64,000 bases of DNA from Adineta vaga. Lineage: Eukaryota; Animalia; Rotifera. Every line of letters begins with the position of its first letter. The stretch's first letter is position 1. The stretch covers positions 1,054,001-1,118,000 of the forward strand of contig CP075496.1 of the NCBI GenBank assembly GCA_021613535.1, written 5' to 3'. The notes under the pieces are model-generated. The model was not told the DNA's origin. It made no database searches and saw nothing but the letters and a program-made list of their open reading frames with translations. Positions 36,601 to 48,600 of this stretch are shown in pieces. The position numbers and the translations under genes were made by a program.

Positions 36601-39600
36601 TGGTTGTGTTGTTTGGCCTGCTACTGTAGTTTGTCCTGGTGCTATTGTTTGACCTGGTTGTGTTGTTTGGCCTGCTACTGTAGTTTGTCCTGGTTGTGTT
36701 GTTTGGCCTGCTACTGTAGTTTGACCTGGTTGTGTTGTTTGGCCTGCTACTGTAGTTTGTCCTGGTTGTGTTGTTTGGCCTGCTACTGTAGTTTGACCTG
36801 GTTGTGTTGTTTGGCCTGCTACTGTAGTTTGACCTGGTTGTGTTGTTTGGCCTGCTACTGTAGTTTGTCCTGGTTGTGTTGTTTGGCCTGCTACTGTAGT
36901 TTGACCTGGTTGTGTTGTTTGGCCTGCTACTGTAGTTTGTCCTGGTTGTGTTGTTTGGCCTGCTACTGTAGTTTGACCTGGTTGTGTTGTTTGGCCTGCT
37001 ACTGTAGTTTGACCTGGTTGTGTTGTTTGGCCTGCTACTGTAGTTTGTCCTGGTGCTAATGTTTGACCTGGTTGTGTTGTTTGGCCTGCTACTGTAGTTT
37101 GTCCTGGTTGTGTTGTTTGGCCTGCTACTGTAGTTTGACCTGGTTGTGTTGTTTGGCCTGCTACTGTAGTTTGACCTGGTTGTGTTGTTTGGCCTGCTAC
37201 TGTAGTTTGACCTGGTTGTGTTGTTTGGCCTGCTACTGTAGTTTGACCTGGTTGTGTTGTTTGGCCTGCTACTGTAGTTTGTCCTGGTTGTGTTGTTTGG
37301 CCTGCTACTGTAGTTTGACCTGGTTGTGTTGTTTGGCCTGCTACTGTAGTTTGACCTGGTTGTGTTGTTTGGCCTGCTACTGTAGTTTGTCCTGGTTGTG
37401 TTGTTTGGCCTGCTACTGTAGTTTGACCTGGTTGTGTTGTTTGGCCTGCTACTGTAGTTTGACCTGGTTGTGTTGTTTGGCCTGCTACTGTAGTTTGACC
37501 TGGTTGTGTTGTTTGGCCTGCTACTGTAGTTTGACCTGGTTGTGTTGTTTGGCCTGGTTGTGTTGTTTGTCCTGCTACTGTAGTTTGACCTGGTTGTGTT
37601 GTTTGGCCTGCTACTGTAGTTTGACCTGGTTGTGTTGTTTGGCCTGCTACTGTAGTTTGACCTGGTTGTGTTGTTTGGCCTGCTACTGTAGTTTGACCTG
37701 GTTGTGTTGTTTGGCCTGCTACTGTAGTTTGACCTGGTTGTGTTGTTTGGCTTGCTACTGTTGTAGTGCCTGAAAAAATGTAAATATTACAATTGAGTAT
37801 ACTAGAAACGTCACTGCTTCTTTGAGTCGTGTGCTTACCTCCAATTGCTTCATTACAAGCTTTGATGTCTAACACAATTCCCTTTGGTGGTAGACCATCA
37901 GTTGTTCGAAGAATACTGATAGAAATCCTTGCTACTTGTTGATTAGCTGGTGTTTTGCTAGAATCAACTGTGGCCGGTTGTGTCTTGTCATTAGCTGGAC
38001 TCAACGTTGATAGAATTGGTTCATTGTTGATCTTGTTGGCATCGGCTCCGTAGAATGTAACGCTGAATTGAGCTACATTTGCATTGGTAATTGTGTCACG
38101 TGGAATGGTGACTGACTGTATCTCGGCTAGTTTCAAAACTGTAACACTGATGTCAGGATTGAGAAATGGTGCGGGGAAAGAAACACCAATCGTCGAAGTC
38201 GGTTGGAATTTCAGTTTATCATTTTGACTTATGATACCGGGATTAGTAACAATGCGTTGGCTGACAGGTGCATCCACTACTTGCACAACTTCTTCACATC
38301 TTTTGGGTGTTGTTGGGATTATTACAGTTGATGATGTCGTTTGACCGGCTACTGTAGTTTGACCTGGTTGTGTTGTTTGGCCTGCTACTGTAGTTTGTCC
38401 TGGTGCTAATGTTTGACCTGGTTGTGTTGTTTGGCCTGCTACTGTAGTTTGTCCTGGTTGTGTTGTTTGGCCTGCTACTGTAGTTTGACCTGGTTGTGTT
38501 GTTTGGCCTGCTACTGTAGTTTGACCTGGTTGTGTTGTTTGGCCTGCTACTGTAGTTTGACCTGGTTGTGTTGTTTGGCCTGCTACTGTAGTTTGTCCTG
38601 GTGCTGTTGTTTGACCTGGTTGTGTTGTTTGGCCTGCTACTGTAGTTTGACCTGGTTGTGTTGTTTGGCCTGCTACTGTAGTTTGACCTGGTTGTGTTGT
38701 TTGGCCTGCTACTGTAGTTTGACCTGGTTGTGTTGTTTGGCCTGCTACTGTAGTTTGACCTGGTTGTGTTGTTTGGCCTGCTACTGTAGTTTGACCTGGT
38801 TGTGTTGTTTGGCCTGCTACTGTAGTTTGTCCTGGTTGTGTTGTTTGGCCTGCTACTGTAGTTTGTCCTGGTGCTATTGTTTGACCTGGTTGTGTTGTTT
38901 GGCCTGCTACTGTAGTTTGACCTGGTTGTGTTGTTTGGCCTGCTACTGTAGTTTGACCTGGTTGTGTTGTTTGGCCTGCTACTGTAGTTTGACCTGGTTG
39001 TGTTGTTTGGCCTGCTACTGTAGTTTGACCTGGTTGTGTTGTTTGGCCTGCTACTGTAGTTTGACCTTGTTGTGTTGTTTGGCCTGCTACTGTAGTTTGA
39101 CCTGGTTGTGTTGTTTGGCCTGCTACTGTTGTTTGACCTGGTTGTGTTGTTTGGCTTGCTACTGTTGTAGTGCCTGAAAAAATGTAAATATTACAATTGA
39201 GTATACTAGAAACGTCACTGCTTCTTTGAGTCGTGTGCTTACCTCCAATTGCTTCATTACAAGCTTTGATGTCTAACACAATTCCCTTTGGTGGTAGACC
39301 ATCAGTTGTTCGAAGAATACTGATAGAAATCCTTGCTACTTGTTGATTAGCTGGTGTTTTGCTAGAATCAACTGTGGCCGGTTGTGTCTTGTCATTAGCT
39401 GGACTCAACGTTGATAGAATTGGTTCATTGTTGATCTTGTTGGCATCGGCTCCGTAGAATGTAACGCTGAATTGAGCTACATTTGCATTGGTAATTGTGT
39501 CACGTGGAATGGTGACTGACTGTATCTCGGCTAGTTTCAAAACTGTAACACTGATGTCAGGATTGAGAAATGGTGCGGGGAAAGAAACACCAATCGTCGA

Positions 39601-42600
39601 AGTCGGTTGGAATTTCAGTTTATCATTTTGACTTATGATACCGGGATTAGTAACAATGCGTTGGCTGACAGGTGCATCCACTACTTGCACAACTTCTTCA
39701 CATCTTTTGGGTGTTGTTGGGATTATTACAGTTGATGATGTCGTTTGACCGGCTACTGTAGTTTGACCTGGTTGTGTTGTTTGGCCTGCTACTGTAGTTT
39801 GACCTGGTTGTGTTGTTTGGCCTGCTACTGTAGTTTGTCCTGGTGCTAATGTTTGACCTGGTTGTGTTGTTTGGCCTGCTACTGTAGTTTGTCCTGGTGC
39901 TAATGTTTGACCTGGTTGTGTTGTTTGGCCTGCTACTGTAGTTTGACCTGGTTGTGTTGTTTGGCCTGCTACTGTAGTTTGACCTGGTTGTGTTGTTTGG
40001 CCTGCTACTGTAGTTTGTCCTGGTGCTAATGTTTGACCTGGTTGTGTTGTTTGGCCTGCTACTGTAGTTTGTCCTGGTGCTAATGTTTGACCTGGTTGTG
40101 TTGTTTGGCCTGCTACTGTAGTTTGACCTGGTTGTGTTGTTTGGCCTGCTACTGTAGTTTGACCTGGTTGTGTTGTTTGGCCTGCTACTGTAGTTTGACC
40201 TGGTTGTGTTGTTTGGCCTGCTACTGTAGTTTGTCCTGGTGCTAATGTTTGACCTGGTTGTGTTGTTTGGCCTGCTACTGTAGTTTGACCTGGTTGTGTT
40301 GTTTGGCCTGCTACTGTAGTTTGACCTGGTTGTGTTGTTTGGCCTGCTACTGTAGTTTGTCCTGGTGCTAATGTTTCGCCTGGTTGGGTTGTTTGGCCTG
40401 CTACTGTAGTCTGTCCTGGTGCTAATGTTTGACCTGGTTGTGCTGTTTGGCCTGCTACTGTAGTTTCTAAAGAAGTTAATGCGCATGTTTAAGATAAAAT
40501 GTGAATAGGTTAAATATGTGAGAAGTGGTACATACCGGTGGATTGCTCAACGCAAGCTTTGATATCCAAAACTACACCTTTGGGCGATTCTCCATCTATG
40601 GTTCGAATAACAGTGATATTAACTCGGGTAATGTCACTTGTTGATGGGATCTTGCTCGAATCTACTGTTGCTGGTTTGCTCTTGTCGTCTTTTGGACTGG
40701 CACTGGACTCGATCGGCTTCTCATTGATCTTCTTTCCATCGGGAGAATAGAATGTCACTTCGAATTGTTCCACATTAGCGTTCGGTGTTTTGTCACGTGG
40801 AATAGTGACAGATTGCACTTCAGCGGGTTTATCGAATGTGACAATGATCGTTGGATTCTTTTGAGGTGGAGGGAAAGAGACACCTGTTGGTGATGTTGGT
40901 TGAAAGTCAACATTCGTGCCTTTTGGAAGCTCGCCGGATGGGACTGTGATCTTCTTGCTCACGGCTTCATCAACAGCCTGCATTTCTTGACATTGTTTAG
41001 TCGTTGTTCCAGTGTTTGCTGTTGTACTTGAGCCGAAGATAGTTGACAACAGAATGGTGGGCGAGGTAGTTCCTGTTCCAGCACTTACTGACGATTGCGA
41101 TCCAGTCGTAGCAGTGCTTTGGCCTACTACTGTAGTTTGTCCTGGTGCTAACGTTTGGCCTGGTTGTGTAGTTTGGCCTGCTACTGTTGTTTGACCTGGT
41201 TGTGTAGTTTGGCCTGCTACTGTAGTTTGACCTGGTTGTGTTGTTTGGCCTGCTACTGTAGTTTGACCTGGTTGTGTTGTTTGGCTTGCTACTATTGTAG
41301 TGCCTGAAAAAATGTAAATATTACAATTGAGTATACTAGAAACGTCACTGCTTCTTTGAGTCGTGTGCTTACCTCCAATTGCTTCATTACAAGCTTTGAT
41401 GTCTAACACAATTCCCTTTGGTGGTAGACCATCAGTTGTTCGAAGAATACTGATAGAAATCCTTGCTACTTGTTGATTAGCTGGTGTTTTGCTAGAATCA
41501 ACTGTGGCCGGTTGTGTCTTGTCATTAGCTGGACTCAACGTTGATAGAATTGGTTCATTGTTGATCTTGTTGGCATCGGCTCCGTAGAATGTAACGCTGA
41601 ATTGAGCTACATTTGCATTGGTAATTGTGTCACGTGGAATGGTGACTGACTGTATCTCGGCTAGTTTCAAAACTGTAACACTGATGTCAGGATTGAGAAA
41701 TGGTGCGGGGAAAGAAACACCAATCGTCGAAGTCGGTTGGAATTTCAGTTTATCATTTTGACTTATGATACCGGGATTAGTAACAATGCGTTGGCTGACA
41801 GGTGCATCGACTACTTGCACAACTTCTTCACATCTTTTGGGTGTTGTTGGGATTATTACAGTTGATGATGTCGTTTGACCGGCTACTGTAGTTTGACCTG
41901 GTTGTGTTGTTTGGCCTGCTACCGTGGTTTGACCTGGTTGTGTTGTTTGGCCTGCTACTGTAGTTTGACCTGGTTGTGTTGTTTGGCCTGCTACTGTAGT
42001 TTGACCTGGTTGTGTTGTTTGGCCTGCTACTGTAGTTTGTCCTGGTGCTAATGTTTGACCTGGTTGTGTTGTTTGGCCTGCTACTGTAGTTTGACCTGGT
42101 TGTGTTGTTTGGCCTGCTACTGTAGTTTGACCTGGTTGTGTTGTTTGGCCTGCTACTGTAGTTTGACCTGGTTGTGTTGTTTGGCCTGCTACTGTAGTTT
42201 GACCTGGTTGTGTTGTTTGGCCTGCTACTGTTGTAGTGCCTGAAAAAATGTAAATATTACAATTGAGTATACTAGAAACGTCACTGCTTCTTTGAGTCGT
42301 GTGCTTACCTCCAATTGCTTCATTACAAGCTTTGATGTCTAACACAATTCCCTTTGGTGGTAGACCATCAGTTGTTCGAAGAATACTGATAGAAATCCTT
42401 GCTACTTGTTGATTAGCTGGTGTTTTGCTAGAATCAACTGTGGCCGGTTGTGTCTTGTCATTAGCTGGACTCAACGTTGATAGAATTGGTTCATTGTTGA
42501 TCTTGTTGGCATCGGCTCCGTAGAATGTAACGCTGAATTGAGCTACATTTGCATTGGTAATTGTGTCACGTGGAATGGTGACTGACTGTATCTCGGCTAG

Positions 42601-45600
42601 TTTCAAAACTGTAACACTGATGTCAGGATTGAGAAATGGTGCGGGGAAAGAAACACCAATCGTCGAAGTCGGTTGGAATTTCAGTTTATCATTTTGACTT
42701 ATGATACCGGGATTAGTAACAATGCGTTGGCTGACAGGTGCATCCACTACTTGCACAACTTCTTCACATCTTTTGGGTGTTGTTGGGATTATTACAGTTG
42801 ATGATGTCGTTTGACCGGCTACTGTAGTTTGACCTGGTTGTGTTGTTTGGCCTGCTACTGTAGTTTGACCTGGTTGTGTTGTTTGGCCTGCTACTGTAGT
42901 TTGTCCTGGTGCTAATGTTTGACCTGGTTGTGTTGTTTGGCCTGCTACTGTAGTTTGTCCTGGTTGTGTTGTTTGGCCTGCTACTGTAGTTTGTCCCGGT
43001 GCTAATGTTTGACCTGGTTGTGTTGTTTGGCCTGCTGCTGTAGTTTGTCCTGGTGCTAATGTTTGACCTGGTTGTGTTGTTTGGCCTGCTACTGTAGTTT
43101 GACCTGGTTGTGTTGTTTGGCCTGCTACTGTAGTTTGACCTGGTTGTGTTGTTTGGCCTGCTACTGTAGTTTGTCCTGGTGCTAATGTTTGACCTGGTTG
43201 TGTTGTTTGGCCTGCTACTGTAGTTTGTCCTGGTGCTAATGTTTGACCTGGTTGTGTTGTTTGGCCTGCTACTGTAGTTTGACCTGGTTGTGTTGTTTGG
43301 CCTGCTACTGTAGTTTGACCTGGTTGTGTTGTTTGGCCTGCTACTGTAGTTTGACCTGGTTGTGTTGTTTGGCCTGCTACTGTAGTTTGACCTGGTTGTG
43401 TTGTTTGGCCTGCTACTGTAGTTTGACCTGGTTGTGTTGTTTGGCCTGCTACTGTAGTTTCTAAAGAAGTTAATGCGCATGTTTAAGATAAAATGTGAAT
43501 AGGTTAAATATGTGAGAAGTGGTACATACCGGTGGATTGCTCAACGCAAGCTTTGATATCCAAAACTACACCTTTCGGCGATTCACCATCGGTTGTTCGA
43601 ATAACAGTGATATTAACTCGGGTAATGTCACTTGTTGATGGGATCTGGCTCGAATCTACTGTTGCTGATTTGCTCTTGTCGTCTTTTGGACTAGCACTGG
43701 ACTCGATCGGATTCTCATTGATCTTCTTTCCGTCGGGAGAATAGAATGTCACTTCGAATTGTTCCACATTAGCGTTTGGTGTTTTGTCACGTGGAAGAGT
43801 GACTGATTGCACTTCAGCTGGTTTATCGAATGTGACAATGATCGTTGGATTCTTTTGAGGTGGAGGGAAAGAGACACCTGTTGGTGATGTTGGTTGAAAG
43901 TCAACATTCGTGCCTTTTGGAAGCTCACCGGATGGAACTGTGATCTTCTTGCTCACTGCTTCATCAACAGCCTGCATTTCTTGACATTGTTTTGTGGTGG
44001 TTCTTGCTGGTGACGTAGTTGTGGACTCTAACGTTGTTGACAGAAGGATTGTTGAAGATGTACTGCGGGGTACTGTCGGTGATATTGATGGAGTCAATGA
44101 ACTTGTATTGGTCTGTTGTCCGATAACTGTGGACTGTGCGGTTGGAAGTGTTGTAGCAATTGCTTCTACAGTAGGAATGTACTGTGTGGGCGTTGTATCT
44201 GTAATCAATGTTGTTTGTGCATTACTTTTGGTTGGGTCGTCTTCGATTTGTGCTTTTGTACCCACTGGTTTTGGATTGGCGCAGCCAATGATACTCAAAC
44301 GAGCGTTTTGCGGTACTCTTCCGTCGCTCGTTTTAGAAATTATAATAGTCAGTGGAATGACTTCTTCCATATATGGTATGTAAATAATGCTTGGACTGCT
44401 TGGATTCTTACTTAGGCGGGGTTGGTCGTCGAAATCAGTTAATGCACTGATCAATGTAATTTTTGAATCTACGGAATTGATTATAGATACATTTTGCAAT
44501 ATTACTTCCTAGAAAACGAGAAAAATTCATTCGATATGTTGACTTTTGGAAGAATGCTGAGTATCTACTATATTGAACAAGATTTCGATTGTTGTAGGTA
44601 TAGTTTGAAGTGCCAGTGGATTGGCTAGCGTATCTTTTGGTGCGTTTCGATTGTTGAGTTTTAGTTCGGCAAAAAGAGTTGGCCCGAGATCTGTGAGTTC
44701 GCGAGGATTTGTGCAAGCTATATTTATAGGAGAAATGTCTGAGTTTGTATGACTTGTTGGGATAATTCGCAGACTAACCTTTCGATGGTGCTACTGTTGT
44801 AGATTTTTCTGTTTGCTTTGTGGAGAATGGTGATGTTGAGGCTGAAAAGAAAATGAAATATAGTTGTTCTGAAATTCATGTTGTTCAAAGTATGATCACT
44901 AGGAACATGCTGTTTTTTATTAAAAGAAAGACTTATGATATTGGTATCTCATGGGGTACATTATTATAAGATAGGGCTCTTCTCCATTACTAAAGGAACA
45001 TCATTTGGGAAGGTATAGACATTATTTTTGGAGATTGTAACGTTTCTTCCATTAATAGGATTTAGTGTCGTATGTGATTTTGTTGATAAATAATAGCATA
45101 CATAGTAGTATTAAAGCACCATTAGTCCAATAGAACAAATGATCTTTTTATAGTAGTAGAAAATCGTTTGCTCGCTTAAAATTGAGAATAGACGACTTGA
45201 CTGGTGACGAGGGTGAAGTTTATACTGCTATGTTAAGTCAGAACGTTCATGCGAAGAAAAGTAATTTTTCGAATTATAGTCAATATTATTACAATAAGAA
45301 CTGAAATGATTGCTTCGGTATAATGATTGCAAATCTCATTGAGACGTTTTGAAAATGCTTCTTTGTCGGTAACTTTTTTAGAATAAGCGATTATCGTTGA
45401 TCTATATGACCGTATCGTCATATTCTTATATGAACACGCGGAAAGAGTGAGTTGTATATAAGAACTTTAAAGATTTGAAATATTAAACTACGTGAAGTTT
45501 AATGTTTTATTAAGTATTGTAGAGGTATATATGTCTTAACATCAATACCTCGACCCCGTCGAAAGCTAAACTTCATGATATCCCACGGGGTAATCAACGA

Positions 45601-48600
45601 ATGTTATTTCACTATCATTACATATATCTGACACAGGTGCAATGACTTTATTACACCAAAACTGAGCTAAGCACTCTAGACGTTGAGGAAAATGAGTTGA
45701 TTTGGGATATCCACTTCGCTATCCTCGCCAATTATAAGAATACCGGGCCAAATCATTTCAACGTGACGGTGTTTGGGGATCGAAATCAGAGGGTACACTC
45801 AAAGTTGAGGCCTACTCTTAGGGTAATACACCGACTCAGCTTAGATAATAGAATATGTTTTCGATGAGCGATATCCGCTTTGATACTCCACCGTTTATTC
45901 ATCGTGCTAGGATGGGAATAGCCTTCAGCCTGGATATCCCCGAGTAACTCGTTGAAAATATGTATACCCGGCGTAGTGAGATTATGAGATCCCTTTATAC
46001 GGGTGAAACTAAACACCTTTAATAACAAATATCTCTTAGAAGTAGATCGATGGAAATTATTTTCTTTTCTTATTTATTAATTTTTTTGTCACTATACGAA
46101 CTGATAATAATATTGTTTCGAGACTTGTTGATATTAATGGTGAGATGAAGAGAAGTTTAAGTTTTCGCAGCAGTTACACTATATCCTGTAACTCTCGATT
46201 AGACAATGTTCAGAAATCTAATAGTCAAAATAAGCACTCAATCACTTCGTTCCGACTGTTTTGTCACAAAATCATGTTGTCTTACAGAAGAACAGATCAA
46301 AAGAATAAATATCAGATACTATAATAATGGATGTTGAATTTGGCTCACATGTATACAGTTTGGATTTGGTACGTGCGACCGACTTGTTGGTTGTTGAATA
46401 AGAGAATCCCTTCTCACATTTGTATAGCATCGATCGACAATCCTTTTATACCCAACTCACAGTAATTAGGCATCAACAATATTTATTTTCACAACCACGG
46501 TTTTCGCATTAAACTATACATACTTCTTCATTCGATTGGTGATTGTGTAGACACAAATCTAGCGTCATCAGTTATCAGATGATTTTGTACACTGTAAAAT
46601 TTCAATAGCATTCAACAAATCGTGTAAATCGAAGTGAATAAAGGAATATTCAATTGTAAAAATTACACCAGAAAGATTGTTTGATAATGTTATAACAATA
46701 ATGGACATTAACTGTGGATAGATTTAGTATACGGGATAACATGAACTTAGGACGCAGTGAATCGAAGCACGATGAATAGAACGAAAAGTAAGATGATGAG
46801 ATGCGTGGAAACTCTACTAAATGGTCACAGCAACTCATATCAAAAGCATCGTCGAACAATCTCTGTATAAAAACTACTTTAATGAAATAATTAGCAGCAC
46901 AACTGCATCTTTTCAAATGCGAATGCATCGATTTTATTCTTCACAAAAGATGAAAAACATCTATAAAATTGAATAGACTCAAAAAATAGTGATTTTAAAA
47001 GTAAAATACTCTTCTTATCTATTCTTTTATGTTGGAAAATTTCGAAGTATGATCTTTTTCCGATGCTGAACGTTTTCTCGAAATAAAAGTAGAAACTAAT
47101 GGTTGTAAATTTATATTATTTTTTGTTAAAATAATTCGTGGGAGTCTGTTATTATGACTACGCGGCATAACACAAAACAGTATGTCGCAATAAAACTAAG
47201 AATAATTGCTATTCTCCAACTTGATTAATGAAAATATTCGTATATGTTTGTCAATTGTAGAAGATAAACTAGAAAACTTGCCTTGGGATAGTCTCTAATA
47301 CTTCAAAACATTTGGAAAGTAAATGCGAAAACCTCGGATTGAAATCCGAGTGTTATATGTACTGCAAAAAGTGAAGCTGATGACAGTTTGTTCTGATAAA
47401 AATCTAGAATAATCGACTGGTAAGATTCTTATTCATGACTTTTTCAAATTTTTCGGGAAGTAGGATATATGATACAACAGAGTTGAGCAAAGATCACACT
47501 TTTTTCAACCTAGTATACTTTCCGTCTACTTATCCGTCATGCTGTCCGGACAGGATATCTGGGAGCTTTTTTTAAATTTCTGCGTTTAAGTTAGTAGTAT
47601 ACTTTCCGTCTCACAGATGTCATAAGTATGTTCAAAATTATAATTAAACAGTTTAATTCAAAAGAAAACGATCGATGATCAGTTAATAATATATGTACTA
47701 TGAAATGAAAGCAACTATATATTTTGACTCAAGAGTAAAATCATCAAGTCTAAACAGGTTATAGCAGCATAGATTTATACTTATTCATTTTGAGAAAATA
47801 AATAATATTCGTAGAATAGACTTATTTATAAAAAATAATCAGCCGCCATCCAAATAGATAGACATATTTTCATATTGATCTGATCAATAAAATATTATCT
47901 AGTTGATAAAGGCTTCGATTGGTTTTTCTCCATCTCTTCTACTGACAGAAGGATTTTTTGTGTAATGAGTTTCTCTTCAAAGAATTGCCTCGTTTACAGT
48001 TCTACATTCCTAAACGAGTCCCTTGTTTCAGTTAAAATCACTACCATGAGCGATTTTAAAAGTGTTCTTTGTCATTGCTTTCCTATGCTTTTGAAAGACT
48101 TGCGCAAAAACATCATATCAAAAGGCAGAACAGGCTACACGTCCTGCCTTGTACTCACCTCTGATATACAAGACCTTGAATTCACCACTTTGACATCTAT
48201 GACATATTATCATTAAAATCTTTTGACAAGTTCTATCTGATCCAAAAACTAAAGTTAGTTTTATGGGAAATAAACACATATAATGCAGGCAAAGTGCCTG
48301 TATACATGAGTTTTTCATAGTTTTGAGAGACTGAATTATTGAGGAAATATTAACTTCAATATATTTATTATTACAATTTAGTATCATTTTGAAGCTCACG
48401 AGATTCTCTATCGAATGGTTACGAATAGTTTGTGGTTCCTATTGACTATAACAAAAATTTTGATTTGCCAAAGTTGAAATAGGCTAATACTTTCAAAGGA
48501 CATTATAGAAAACTAGTGGAGGTAATCGATATAACTCGAGTTAATTTTACAGTACATATTTGGCGTAAGAACAAAGGACATCCGTGTGGTCTTCTTCGAA

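Noticed and set aside
35416-39177. Plus-strand Cys-rich (LTWLCCLACYCS)n ORFs and hydrophobic (LVVLFDQLLL)n or (VVVFDQVELTDL)n ORFs elsewhere
   Set aside because: Antisense readings of a stop-poor minisatellite, mostly with non-ATG starts and no independent gene signals.
18120-43459. Repeat-spacer appearance suggesting a CRISPR array or telomeric GT-rich repeats
   Set aside because: The context is eukaryotic and intron-containing, units are multiples of 3 nt with synonymous variation, and there are no unique spacers or cas genes.
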